Origin: an uncultured Gemmatimonadaceae bacterium
GTDB taxonomy: Bacteria; Gemmatimonadota; Gemmatimonadetes; Gemmatimonadales; Gemmatimonadaceae
Direction of reading: 5' to 3'
Length of the DNA stretch: 64,000 nt
NCBI GenBank assembly: GCA_963843845.1
Contig: CAWJMB010000002.1
Coordinates: forward strand, 2,848,001-2,912,000
Under the pieces are notes generated by a model. That model was not told the origin of the DNA and searched no databases. It saw only the letters and a list, made by a program, of their open reading frames with translations. The translations under genes and the position numbers were made by a program. Of the stretch, positions 39,005 to 51,259 are shown piece by piece (within the stretch, counting starts at the first letter, position 1; each line of letters starts with the position of its first letter).

Positions 39005-40108
39005 CTACGGCGTCGGCGCGGCGCGCCGCGGGTCGTTCGGCTGCGGGAGCACGAGCGGGATGCCCGGCGCCGGCGCGGCCTGGCAGGGCGACCAGTCGCC
39101 GACGCCGGCGCGCTGGAAGAACCGGTCGGACAGCTCGCGGTTTCCCTGCCGCCGGAGCGCGCACCCCATCCAGCCGAGCGCGACGCGGTCGGTCGGATCG
39201 GCGCGGATCGCGCGCTCGTACCAGCGCGTCGCCTGATCCGGGTGATTCGTGAACAGCAGGTACTGTCCCATCTCGCGGAGCGCGAGCGCGTTCTCCGGCT
39301 CGAGCTGGACGGCGGTCCGCAGCTCGTTGAACGCACGCGGCATGTCGCCGTCGTCGCGGGCGAGGCGGCCGAGGTAGACGTGCGGCATGGCGAGCGTCGG
39401 ATCGTCGGCGACGGACTGCTCGAACTGGCGGCGCGCCTCGACCCGGTTTCCCTGTTCCATCGCCGTCCGACCGGCGGCGAGCGCCGAGCCGTCACGCCCG
39501 CGGAGGAAGACGACCGCGCCCACCCCGGCGATCAACAGCGCGACGATGACGCCGAGAATGAGCGGCCCCGGCCCGCGTCGGGCGCGCGCCGTCGTCGGTT
39601 CGTACGCCCGTCCTGGCGGTGGCGCCGTCGCAGGCCGCGCCGGCGCCACCGACCCGGGCGGCGCCGGCGACGGCGCCAGCGACGGCGCCAGCGGCGGCGC
39701 GGCGCTCGTCGCGCCGCGCGGCGGGGTCGGGTACGCCGCCGTGTCGGCCGCGATGCCGACACCGAGCGCCGCTTCGATGGCCTGGAAGCCGGCACGCGCC
39801 GCGTCGATGTCGTCCTGCGTCGGCCGGTAGTCGGTGCGACTCACGCGGTCACGCGCCGCGAGAAAGCCGAGCAGCGCGTGCGCGTGCGCATAGTCGAGCT
39901 GCCCGCCCTGGCGCACGTCGCTCACGAGCGCCTGCCCGGTCAGCGCCGAGCCGCCGAGCAGCGAGCGGAGTGCGGTCTCGACCGCGCTCCACGATTCGAT
40001 GACGTCGGCGGCGACGTCGTCCGGATGTCGCTCGGCGTCGAGGCGCGCGACGACGGGGCGTGCCGCCTCGAGCGCGGCGAGGGCAGATCGCTGATTCGGC
40101 GTGGCCAC
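39005..40108 (-). CDS. Bitopic membrane protein: helical N-domain, Pro-rich linker, TM, TPR repeats
   Basis: LILGVIVALLIAGVGAVVFL TM; TPR patterns ARRQFEQSVADDP, ELRTAVQLEPENALAL, WYERAIRADP. Confidence 0.8.
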   Translation of the reverse strand: MATPNQRSALAALEAARPVVARLDAERHPDDVAADVIESWSAVETALRSLLGGSALTGQALVSDVRQGGQLDYAHAHALLGFLAARDRVSRTDYRPTQDDIDAARAGFQAIEAALGVGIAADTAAYPTPPRGATSAAPPLAPSLAPSPAPPGSVAPARPATAPPPGRAYEPTTARARRGPGPLILGVIVALLIAGVGAVVFLRGRDGSALAAGRTAMEQGNRVEARRQFEQSVADDPTLAMPHVYLGRLARDDGDMPRAFNELRTAVQLEPENALALREMGQYLLFTNHPDQATRWYERAIRADPTDRVALGWMGCALRRQGNRELSDRFFQRAGVGDWSPCQAAPAPGIPLVLPQPNDPRRAAPTP

Positions 40109-40122
40109 GGGGCTCTGCAGGC

Positions 40123-41289
40123 TTACTGGACGATGCGCAGCAGTCCGGCGTCGGCGCTCCCGCGCACGAACGCCTCGGCGTTGTGCGCGGAGATGCGCAC
40201 GCCGGTCGAACGAAAGTGGCGGCGCGACTCGGCGGCCATGAATTCGGAGAGCGATTCCGGGTGCTCGTCGCGCGCGGGCCGCTCGCCCGTGCGCAGCTCA
40301 CGCATCCGCGTGACGATGTCGTCCCACGACCCCTCGAGCTGCTGGCCATCCTGCAGGATGACGCGATGCCGGCGCCTCGCCGACTCTGCGGCGCGGGCGG
40401 CTTTCGCGTCGCGCGCGTCCGCCGCCATCGCTTCGCCGAGCATGGTACCGAACAGATCGAGCTGATGGCGCGAGTCGCCCGCCTGCGCGGCCTCGTCGGC
40501 GGCGTGCTCGATGTCCGCGAGCATCTCGTCGATGGTATCGGGCTCCCCTGCCAGATCGGCCAACCGCGCCTCCCACGGCGTCAGCTCGGGGTCGCCGTCG
40601 GCGAGGCGGTAGATCGACTTCTTCAGCTCGATCAGTCGCCAGATCCCGAGCTCGTCCCAGTGATCGTCGGGCGTCGAGCGATCGAGATGATAGAGCGCGG
40701 CCTCCGACTCACCACGGTCGTAGAGCACGTTCGCGAGGTAGATGCGCGCCTCGACGTGGTCGTTGTCGAGCTGGAGCGCGCGACGCAGCGACGCGACCGC
40801 GCCGTCGTCGTCGCCGAGCCGGTGGAGTGCGTAGCCGACGCAGGCCACGGCCTCGGCGCTGTCGGGCGCCTGCTGAGTGGCGATCTCGAAGAACTCTTTC
40901 GCGTCGTCGATGAGCCCTTCGCGAAAGAGCGCGCGCCCGATCTGGAGCATCAGGTCGATGTCGTCCTGGTAGCCCAGCTCGAGCGTCTTGCGGAAGCAGC
41001 GCACGGCCGCGTCCTGCTCGCCGAACTTCATGAGCGTCTCACCGAGCCCGGCGAGGGCGTCCTCGTGTTCGGCGTCGAGCACGAGCGCCTCGTCGAACGC
41101 GCGGCGCGCCCACGCGAACTCCTCGCGCGCGAGGCGGGCGTATCCCATTCCGACGTGCAACTCCACCGCGCTCGGGTAGAGCGAGAGCCCTTCACGGAGC
41201 ACGACCAGCGCCTCGTCGTACTGCCCCTCGTTGTACAGGGCGTGGGCGCGCTCGTCGTACTCTTCGGAGCTCAGGAAGGGGTTGGGCAT
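40123..41289 (-). CDS. TPR-repeat protein with uncharacterised C-terminal domain
   Basis: Multiple TPRs (YNEGQYDEAL, ALAGLGETL, LRRALQLDNDHVEARIYLANVL); GGAGG RBS and TACAAT upstream. Confidence 0.88.
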   Translation of the reverse strand: MPNPFLSSEEYDERAHALYNEGQYDEALVVLREGLSLYPSAVELHVGMGYARLAREEFAWARRAFDEALVLDAEHEDALAGLGETLMKFGEQDAAVRCFRKTLELGYQDDIDLMLQIGRALFREGLIDDAKEFFEIATQQAPDSAEAVACVGYALHRLGDDDGAVASLRRALQLDNDHVEARIYLANVLYDRGESEAALYHLDRSTPDDHWDELGIWRLIELKKSIYRLADGDPELTPWEARLADLAGEPDTIDEMLADIEHAADEAAQAGDSRHQLDLFGTMLGEAMAADARDAKAARAAESARRRHRVILQDGQQLEGSWDDIVTRMRELRTGERPARDEHPESLSEFMAAESRRHFRSTGVRISAHNAEAFVRGSADAGLLRIVQ

Positions 41290-41345
41290 AAGCTCGGAAC
41301 GCCTCCAGTCGATATGCCTATTGTACTGCTCGGGCACCGCGGAGA

Positions 41346-41693
41346 TCAACGAGCGGCGGGGACGCGACGCGTGCGGAGGGTGTCCGTCCGCACCGGCGGC
41401 GGGGTTCGCGGCGGCGGCGGCGGCGTGAGCGGAACGGTCGTCGCCGGGCTGCCCGCCGCGAGCGCCGCGGAAGCCGAGTCGACCCACGCCTGGATGCCGA
41501 GTCGTTGACGGATCGAGAGCGAGTCGAGCCGCATGCGGGCGGCCGAGTCGCGGCGCGCGACCACCGCCGGCGACTCGGGCGCGGCGCGCCGCGCCGGGGG
41601 CGGCGTGATGACACCGGCGCTCTGCGCGACGGCGTCGCGAGCCGCGAGCGTGAGCGCGGCGAGCACCGCGATCGGGAAGAAGCGAGCTGGCAT
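41346..41693 (-). CDS. Small secreted Pro-rich hypothetical protein
   Basis: Signal peptide MPARFFPIAVLAALTLAARDAVAQ; core QRLGIQAWVDSA. Confidence 0.62.
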   Translation of the reverse strand: MPARFFPIAVLAALTLAARDAVAQSAGVITPPPARRAAPESPAVVARRDSAARMRLDSLSIRQRLGIQAWVDSASAALAAGSPATTVPLTPPPPPRTPPPVRTDTLRTRRVPAAR

Positions 41694-41738
41694 GGTGCCA
41701 CGCTGCGCACGCCACGTGCCGTCGTTCGACCGCACGCG

Positions 41739-42713
41739 CTAGCGCGCCGGCGTGCGTTTCGGCCACGCGCTCACGATCGCGCGACCGAGTTCGGCGAGCG
41801 TCGTGTTCCCCTCGCTGTCGACCGCGTAGCTGCGGTCGACGTTCTCCTTCGTGAGGCCGCAGGCGACGACGCGCGACTGCAAGTAGAACAGGGCGCACTC
41901 GGTCCGCGCCTGGTCGACGTCGCCGGTCTTGTGCGGAGCGCGGACGCCGTCGGCCCACCGTTGGAGCTTCGATCCGTCCTCGTTGTGCACGAGGAAGTCG
42001 AGCATCGCGGAGTCCGCGGCCGCGCTCACGGCGCGGCCGTCGGCGAGGAGCGCGAACAGCGTCGCCATCTCGTTCGGCGTCGTGACGCCGAGTCCGTACT
42101 TCACGGAGCTGTCCATCGCGACGCTCGACGCCCGGATGAACGACTTCGAGTGCACCTTCGTGTGGGCGAGGCCTAACGCTTCCATCTTGTCCCACACGCG
42201 GCGGATGACGATGCGGTCGAGCAGCAGGTTCGTCGCGGTGTTGTCGCTGATCGTCGTCATCAGCCACGACGCGTCGCGCACCGTGATCGCGATGCCGGGG
42301 TGCATGAACTGCAGCGACCCCGCCCCCGGCACCTGGTCGATCTTGAGCACGGTGAGCGGATCGTCGAGCGAGAGCATCCCCTTCTCGACGAGGTCGAACA
42401 CGGTGACGAGAACCGGGACCTTGATGAGGCTCGCCGTCGGGAACGTCTCGTCGCCGCGCCGCGCGAGACGCTCGCCGGTGTCGAGGTTCCAGACCGTGTA
42501 GCCGACAACGCCGCGGTGGCGGTCGGCGATCGAATCGAGGGTGCGCCGGAGTCTCGCGCTGTCGGCGCGAGCGAAGCTGCCGGGGACCGGGGATCGGGGA
42601 TCGGGGATGGGTCGCTGGGCGTGGGCGCAACCCGCAGCGAGGAACGCGACCGCGAACAGCGCGTGGCGGAGCGGCGTCCCGACCCCCGACCCCCGACTCC
42701 CGGTCCCCGGCAT
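41739..42713 (-). CDS. Class A beta-lactamase-like serine hydrolase, lipoprotein
   Basis: FPTASLIK (SxxK), SDNTATN, HKTG; lipobox LAAGC. Confidence 0.88.
   Translation of the reverse strand: MPGTGSRGSGVGTPLRHALFAVAFLAAGCAHAQRPIPDPRSPVPGSFARADSARLRRTLDSIADRHRGVVGYTVWNLDTGERLARRGDETFPTASLIKVPVLVTVFDLVEKGMLSLDDPLTVLKIDQVPGAGSLQFMHPGIAITVRDASWLMTTISDNTATNLLLDRIVIRRVWDKMEALGLAHTKVHSKSFIRASSVAMDSSVKYGLGVTTPNEMATLFALLADGRAVSAAADSAMLDFLVHNEDGSKLQRWADGVRAPHKTGDVDQARTECALFYLQSRVVACGLTKENVDRSYAVDSEGNTTLAELGRAIVSAWPKRTPAR
42578..42712. repeat. Inverted pair of heptamer tandem arrays
   Basis: TGCCGGGGACCGGGGATCGGGGATCGGGGATGGG (42578-42611) versus CCCGACCCCCGACCCCCGACTCCCGGTCCCCGGCA (42678-42712); outer 14 bp perfectly complementary. 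Confidence 0.8.
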
Positions 42714-42941
42714 TCAGTCCGTCACGTCCTCGAAGTCGTCCGACTTCCGCGCCTCGATCAGCTCGCGGTCGTGCGACGTCGGGTCGTACATGGCGAGCAG
42801 CTTGATCGTCTCGCTCGGGTAGGCGTCGAACTCCTTGCCCGTGCCCTTGTACACCTTGATCTCGTGCCCGTCCTCGAAGCGCATGATGACGAGCGGGTAA
42901 TCGTGGTTCGCGTACTGCTTGCGGATGCGCTTGGGAGCCAT
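42714..42941 (-). CDS. Hypothetical small protein (75 aa)
   Basis: Very strong GC3 bias, Lys/Glu/Tyr-rich sequence unlike shadow ORFs, abuts the downstream ATG. Confidence 0.8.
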   Translation of the reverse strand: MAPKRIRKQYANHDYPLVIMRFEDGHEIKVYKGTGKEFDAYPSETIKLLAMYDPTSHDRELIEARKSDDFEDVTD

Positions 42942-42959
42942 GAGTCGGATTGCGTCGCG

Positions 42960-44160
42960 TTAGGTCACCACCCGCCGCTCGCCGGCGTAGCGTTGCCACG
43001 CCCCGGTGGCGAGGATCTCGTCGATCGCCGCGACCGCGGCGTCGAGCTCGTCGTCCGATGTGTAGAAATGCGGTGCGACGCGGATCCCCGCTCCGGGGCG
43101 GAAGTCGATCACAATGTCGCGCGCCAACAACGCCTGCGCCACCTCGGCGCCGTGCGGGACGTCGAACGCGACCGTCCCCCCGCGGCGCGCCGAGTCGCGC
43201 GGGGCGACGCAGCGGATATCCGCGCGCGTCGGCGAGCGCGATGAGCCGCTCGGTCTGCCGCACGCTCTTCGCGCGGATCGCGTCGATGCCGGCGGCGCGC
43301 AGCGTCCGCGGCCCTTCGATCGCCGCGTAGAGCGACGGAATCGACGGTGTCCCGCCGAGCCAGCGCCAGGCGCCGGCCGCGGGATCCATCGCCGGCTCGA
43401 ACGCGAACGGGCGGGCGTGCGCCTGCCACCCGGCCGTCGCCGGCACGACGTCGCCGACCCGGTCGCGCAGCGTCGGCGACGTCCAGAGAAAGCTGCCGCC
43501 CGGTCCGCCGCACAGCCACTTGAGCACCCCACCGGCGAGGAAATCGATGCCCAGCGCGTGCACGTCGACGGGGAGGACGCCGACCGAGTGGTAGGCGTCG
43601 AGCGCGACGAGCGCGCCGACCTCGCGCGCCCGGCGGACGATCGGTGCGACGTCCATCACGTACGCCGAGCGGAAGAGCACGTGCGAGATCGCGACGAGCC
43701 GCGTCCGCTCGTCGATGGCCGCGACGACCCGCTCGGCGTCGATCGTCACGCCGTCGTCGCTCGGCACGACGACGACGCGGGCGCCCATCCGGGCGGCGAG
43801 CGCGTCGACGACGTAGCGTACCGACGGAAAGTCGAGCGCCGTCATGACGATCGTGTCGCGCGGCGCGGCGTAGTCGAGCGCCGTGACGATCGACGCGTGC
43901 GCGGCCGTGACGTTCGCGACCATCGCGACCTCGCCCGGCGCGGCTCCGAGCAGCGGCGCCACCTCGTCGCCGACCGAGACCGGCAGCTCCCACCACCCCG
44001 CGGCCCACGCCTTCACGCCCAGCGACTCCCAGGCGTCGGCGTACGCGTGCAGCCGGTCGCGCGTGGCGCGCGGCATGGCGCCTAACGAATTCGACACGAG
44101 GTACGTCGAGCGCGCGAGGATCGGGAACTCGGCGCGGAAGCGAAGCAGGTCGTCGGTCAT
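42960..44160 (-). CDS. kynU: Kynureninase-like PLP enzyme (aminotransferase class V), frameshifted near 43213
   Basis: YLVSNSLGAMP, W..GVKAW, SHVLFRS, DAYHSVG, GGVLKWLCGGPG; C-terminus RGGTV...DFRPGAGIRVAPHFY in a second frame. Confidence 0.75.
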
Positions 44161-44184
44161 CGGGCACTCACGCGACGGGGGAGA

Positions 44185-45483
44185 TCATGCTCTGCCTCGT
44201 CTCGCGAGGCCGTAGACCGCGGTCGCGACGACGAGCGCGCCGGCGACGACGAGCCACTCGCCGCGCGTCACGCTCGTGAGCAGCGCGGCGATGACGAGGA
44301 TCGCGAGCGCCGGAACGACGCCGGCGAGGGGCACGCGGAACGGAACGCCGCCCGCGCGCACGTCCGCGCGGCGAAGCTGCCACGCGGCTCCGCAGCACGC
44401 GGCATACAGCACGAGCGTCGACACGTTCGCGAGCAGCGCGAGGCGCTCGAACTGGCCGCTCGCGGCGAGCACCCAGCACACGAGGGCCTGCACGACGATC
44501 GCGACGTACGGCGTGCGATGCGCCGCGTGCACCGTCGCGAGCGCGCGCGGCAGCAGACCGTCGCGCGCGAACGCGTACAGCGCGCGCGGCACCGCCAGCG
44601 TCATCCCGCCGACGTAGCCGAGCATCGAGATCGCGGCGCCGACGAGCAGCAGCGTGCGCCCCCACGGCCCGAGCACCGCGCCGGCCACGTCGGCGAGCGG
44701 CGTCGTCGACGTCGCGAGCGCCGGTCCGAGCACGCCCTGCGCGACGAGCTGCAGCGCCAGGTACAACGCGGTGACGCCGACCATCGCGAGCGCGATCGCG
44801 CGCGGCACCGTGCGCGCCGGCTCGCGCACCTCGCCGCTCGGCACGAGGGCGCTCTCGACGCCGGCGAACGCGAAGATGAGCACGATCGCCGTGCGCGACA
44901 CGTCGCCGGCCGCGGGGAGCGTGCCGATCGCGAGATGCTCGGCGCGCACGGCGAACGCGCCGACGACCGCGACGAGCAGCAGCGGCAGGAGCTTCGCGAT
45001 CGTCATCACGAGGTTCAGCCGCGCGCCCTGCCGCACGCCGAGCACGTTGACCCAGGCGAGCGCGACGAACGCGACGGCCATCGTGCCGCCGCGCGCGAGC
45101 GGGCTGGCGAGCGCCGGGACGAGCCCGCCGACCGCGTCGGCGAGCAGCGTCGCGACGGCGGCGAGCGCGAACGTCCCGACGAGCCAGAGCAGCACGCCGG
45201 CGAGGAAGCCGACGAACGGTCCGAACGCGACCTCCACGTACGCGTAAGGTCCGCCGGTCATCGCGACACGGCTCCCGGCCTCGGCGAAGCAGAGCACGAT
45301 GAGCCCCATCGCCACGGCACAGACGACGTAGGCGAGCGGGGCGGCGGGGCCTAACGACGCGGCGACGGCGGCGGGGAGGCGGAAGATGCCGCCGCCGACG
45401 GTGATGTTGACGATCCCCGCGGCGAGCGTGAGCGGGCCGACGGCGCGAACGAGGGCGCGCTCCGAGGGAATGGGATCAGCCAT
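44185..45483 (-). CDS. APC-family amino acid permease
   Basis: VNITVGGGIFRLP, FAEAGSRVAMTGGPYAY, FAFAGVE...GEVREPARTVPRA. Confidence 0.92.
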   Translation of the reverse strand: MADPIPSERALVRAVGPLTLAAGIVNITVGGGIFRLPAAVAASLGPAAPLAYVVCAVAMGLIVLCFAEAGSRVAMTGGPYAYVEVAFGPFVGFLAGVLLWLVGTFALAAVATLLADAVGGLVPALASPLARGGTMAVAFVALAWVNVLGVRQGARLNLVMTIAKLLPLLLVAVVGAFAVRAEHLAIGTLPAAGDVSRTAIVLIFAFAGVESALVPSGEVREPARTVPRAIALAMVGVTALYLALQLVAQGVLGPALATSTTPLADVAGAVLGPWGRTLLLVGAAISMLGYVGGMTLAVPRALYAFARDGLLPRALATVHAAHRTPYVAIVVQALVCWVLAASGQFERLALLANVSTLVLYAACCGAAWQLRRADVRAGGVPFRVPLAGVVPALAILVIAALLTSVTRGEWLVVAGALVVATAVYGLARRGRA

Positions 45484-45573
45484 GGCGGCGGAATGTAGCC
45501 GCCGGCACACACGGCGGCCGTCGTGGCGCGGAACTTTCCACGGGCTCGGGAGAACGCCAACCGGAGATCGATC

Positions 45574-45954
45574 ATGCGCCTCTCGCCACGTCACCTCGTG
45601 ACGCCCGCCGTTCTGCTGCTCACCCTCGCCGGCCGCCCGCTCCTCGCCCTCGGCGACAGTACGCGCGTCGCGCTGTCGACCGATTCGATCGCGACGACCG
45701 CCGCCGGCCCCCGCGCCGAGCGCGCCACGGTCGGCGTCCGTGTTCCGCGCGCCGAGCGTGCGACGGCGGACGCGGCGGACGCGGCGGACGCACTGATGCA
45801 GCAGCGGAAGCACCACGGCACGTCGGTCGCGCTGATGGTCGTCGGCGCGTCGGCGGTCGTGCTCGGGTTGCTCGTCGGCGACGACGCGGGGTCGGCGCTC
45901 ATCGTCGGCGGCGCGATTGCCGGATTCATCGGACTGTTCCAGTATCTGCGGTGA
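45574..45954 (+). CDS. Hypothetical exported protein with C-terminal Gly-rich TM hairpin
   Basis: GGAG RBS, signal-like N-terminus, ALMVVGASAVVLGLLVGDDAGSALIVGGAIAGFIGLFQYLR. Confidence 0.72.
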   Translation: MRLSPRHLVTPAVLLLTLAGRPLLALGDSTRVALSTDSIATTAAGPRAERATVGVRVPRAERATADAADAADALMQQRKHHGTSVALMVVGASAVVLGLLVGDDAGSALIVGGAIAGFIGLFQYLR

Positions 45955-46027
45955 CGACGGGCGGGGGGCGGCGGTCCTTCCCGCGAATGGCCGTCGCCCG
46001 CCCACCCGCGCTCGCCGTGCTCGCTGC

Positions 46028-47197
46028 ATGACCACGACCGACCCCGACCGCCGAACCGCCCCACGCATCGTTCCGCGCACCGGCGTGCGCGTCGGACCGC
46101 GCATCGCCCTCGTCCTCGGCGGGGGCGGACTGAAGGGATTCGCACACATCGGCGTGCTGCGCGCGCTGCGTGAGCGGGGCATCCGGCCCGCGCTCTACGC
46201 TGGCGCGAGCATCGGCGCGCTGATCGCGAGCGCGACGGCGTGCGGCATCGGCGTCGACGAGCTGGCGTGGCGCGCGGAGCACCTCGAGCGGCGGCAGCTC
46301 TTCCGGCTGAACCACTACCAGATGCTCGTCGACCGCTGGCGCGTCGCGTCGCTCTACGCCGCGGAGCCGCTGCGCGCGCTCATCGACGAAGTGGTGCCCG
46401 AGGGCACCTTCGACGCGCTCGCGACGCCGACGCTCGTGAACACGGTCGACCTCGTGCGCGGCACGCAGGTCGTGTGGGGGCTGCCCGGGCTCCGCGACGT
46501 GAGCGTTCGCGACGCGGTCTACGCGTCGTGCGCGCTGCCCGGCTTCTTTCCCCCCGGAGCGGTCGGCGGCCGCCTCTGCGTCGACGGCGGCACGACCGAC
46601 AACCTGCCGGCGTCGATCGCGGTGCGCGCGGGCGGCGTGCCTCCGGTCGACGCCGTGATCGCGATCGACGTCGGCAATGCCGAACTGGGGCGCAACGACG
46701 CCGTGGGCGGCAACGGGTTCGCGTCGATCTTCATGCGCGCGGCGAGCACGATGATGCACGCCCTGCAGGAGGCGCCGCTCCGCCACTGGGACGGTCCGCC
46801 GATGCTGCTCGTGCGTCCGCGCGTCAACCACATCGGCTGGTTCGCGTTCGGTCGCACGCACGAGCTGATCGACGCCGGCTACACGGCGACCGTCGACGCG
46901 CTGCGCGAGCTGGACGAGCTCCTCGTCGCGCCGGGCGGGATCTACCCGCGCCGGCTCGTGCGGCTCCACGTCGACCGCGAGAAGTGCACCGGCTGCGGGC
47001 TCTGCGTCGCGATGGCGCCGCGCACGATGGCGTTCGACGCGACGGGGACGGCGTTCGCGATGACGCACGAGCTGTCGTGGTCCCCCGCCGACGGCGACTT
47101 CGTGAAGCAGTGCCCGACGCTCGCGATCTCGGTCGAAGATCTGTCGGCGCGCGCGCTCCCGATCGTCGGCGACGCCAGCGTCCCCGTTCCGGCCTAG
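46028..47197 (+). CDS. Patatin-like phospholipase fused to a C-terminal ferredoxin domain
   Basis: LGGGGLKGFAHIGVL, GASIG, VDGG; then DREKCTGCGLCVAMAP...QCPTLAISV. Confidence 0.9.
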   Translation: MTTTDPDRRTAPRIVPRTGVRVGPRIALVLGGGGLKGFAHIGVLRALRERGIRPALYAGASIGALIASATACGIGVDELAWRAEHLERRQLFRLNHYQMLVDRWRVASLYAAEPLRALIDEVVPEGTFDALATPTLVNTVDLVRGTQVVWGLPGLRDVSVRDAVYASCALPGFFPPGAVGGRLCVDGGTTDNLPASIAVRAGGVPPVDAVIAIDVGNAELGRNDAVGGNGFASIFMRAASTMMHALQEAPLRHWDGPPMLLVRPRVNHIGWFAFGRTHELIDAGYTATVDALRELDELLVAPGGIYPRRLVRLHVDREKCTGCGLCVAMAPRTMAFDATGTAFAMTHELSWSPADGDFVKQCPTLAISVEDLSARALPIVGDASVPVPA

Positions 47198-48261
47198 CCT
47201 CGCGCGTCGGGCGCGGCGAGCGCGGCGAGCACGAGCCGCTCGTACGCGTCGACCGCCGCGTGCAGTTCGGCGATCTCGATGCACTCGTCGTCGGTGTGCG
47301 CGACGTGGATGGAGCCGGGGCCGAACAGATACGGGGTTCCCCACGCGCCGAGTGCGGGCACGTCGGTCGCGAACGCCACGATGTCCGTGTCGAATCCGGG
47401 GACCGTGCCGAGGTGCATCGGCGGGACGAGCGAGCCCCACGTCAGCGTCGCCCGGCCGTCAGCCCAGCGCGCGAGGATCGGCTTCAGCTCGTCGGCCGGC
47501 GTGACGAGGCGCGCCATGCAGCGGGCCTCGGCCCACGGCGCCGTGACGTTGTCGGCGACGCCGCCGGCGAGATGGCCGACGTTGATCGTCGTCGCCCCCA
47601 GCCGGTCGTCGTGCGGCAGGTCGAGCGCGAGCATGTCGTGCAGCAGCGCGACGAGCTTGCGCGTCGCCGAGTCGCCGAGGTGGGGATAGGCGGAGTGCGC
47701 GGCGCGGCCGGCCGTGTGGGCGACGAAGCGGAGCGCGCCTTTCGTGCCCGTCGCGAGCTTGCTCTCGGTCGGCTCGCCGTTGATCAGCACGCGGTTGTGC
47801 GGCGCGAGGCGTGGCTGTGCATCGTTCGCGGCGTGCGCGCCGTCGTGCGCCGTCTCCTCGCCGACCACGAACAGGAGCGCGATCGGCACGTGCTGCGCGC
47901 GCAGCCGCTCGGCGGCGACGATCATCGCGGCCGCGATCCCTTTCGCGTCGCAGGCGCCCCGGCCCAGCAGTCGCGGACCGTCGACGCGCGGCGCGATGTA
48001 GGGCGGGACCGTGTCGAGGTGGGTCGTCAGCGTCGCGATCGGTGAGGCGCCCGGAGCGGTCGCGAACAGATCGTCGCGGCCATCGCTGACCGGAATGCGC
48101 GTCGTCTGCCAGCCGCGGGCGGCGAGGATCTGCTCGGCGACGTCGATCGCCGGTCCCTCGGCGCCGCTCGTCGACTCGGCGGCCATGAGCGCGACGGCGA
48201 CGTCGAGCGGATCGAGGATGTTCGCCGTACGGAGCGCGTGGGAGCGGGCGGCAGTCGTCAT
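47194..48261 (-). CDS. M20 family metallo-hydrolase (ArgE/DapE-like deacylase)
   Basis: [48 protein letters not shown]. Confidence 0.9.
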   Translation of the reverse strand: MTTAARSHALRTANILDPLDVAVALMAAESTSGAEGPAIDVAEQILAARGWQTTRIPVSDGRDDLFATAPGASPIATLTTHLDTVPPYIAPRVDGPRLLGRGACDAKGIAAAMIVAAERLRAQHVPIALLFVVGEETAHDGAHAANDAQPRLAPHNRVLINGEPTESKLATGTKGALRFVAHTAGRAAHSAYPHLGDSATRKLVALLHDMLALDLPHDDRLGATTINVGHLAGGVADNVTAPWAEARCMARLVTPADELKPILARWADGRATLTWGSLVPPMHLGTVPGFDTDIVAFATDVPALGAWGTPYLFGPGSIHVAHTDDECIEIAELHAAVDAYERLVLAALAAPDARG

Positions 48262-48435
48262 GCGCCCAAGCTAGCGCCGGCGGCGAACTTCGGGCGGGCA
48301 GGCGGCGCGTTACATTGCGCACAGCCTGCGCGGGCCCTCTCAGGAGTCCTCCCCCTCGCGCAGCGGCTCTGCTCTCACCGCCGCGCCACGCCTCTCGGGT
48401 CGAGGAACCCGCTGGCGCGATCACCGAGCACTCGC

Positions 48436-51221
<2,786 letters not shown>

Positions 51222-51259
51222 CGCGTATCGCGGGGAGCATTCCGATCATGGAGTGACGA

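Noticed and set aside
40123..44160. Apparent 1345-aa kynureninase-TPR fusion
   Set aside because: Artefact of the frameshift near 43213; the middle is out-of-frame read-through across three separate genes, and the TPR gene has its own RBS and start at 41289
48300..48435. CTCTCAGG in the acnA leader suggesting a glycine riboswitch
   Set aside because: Single short match without the rest of the aptamer
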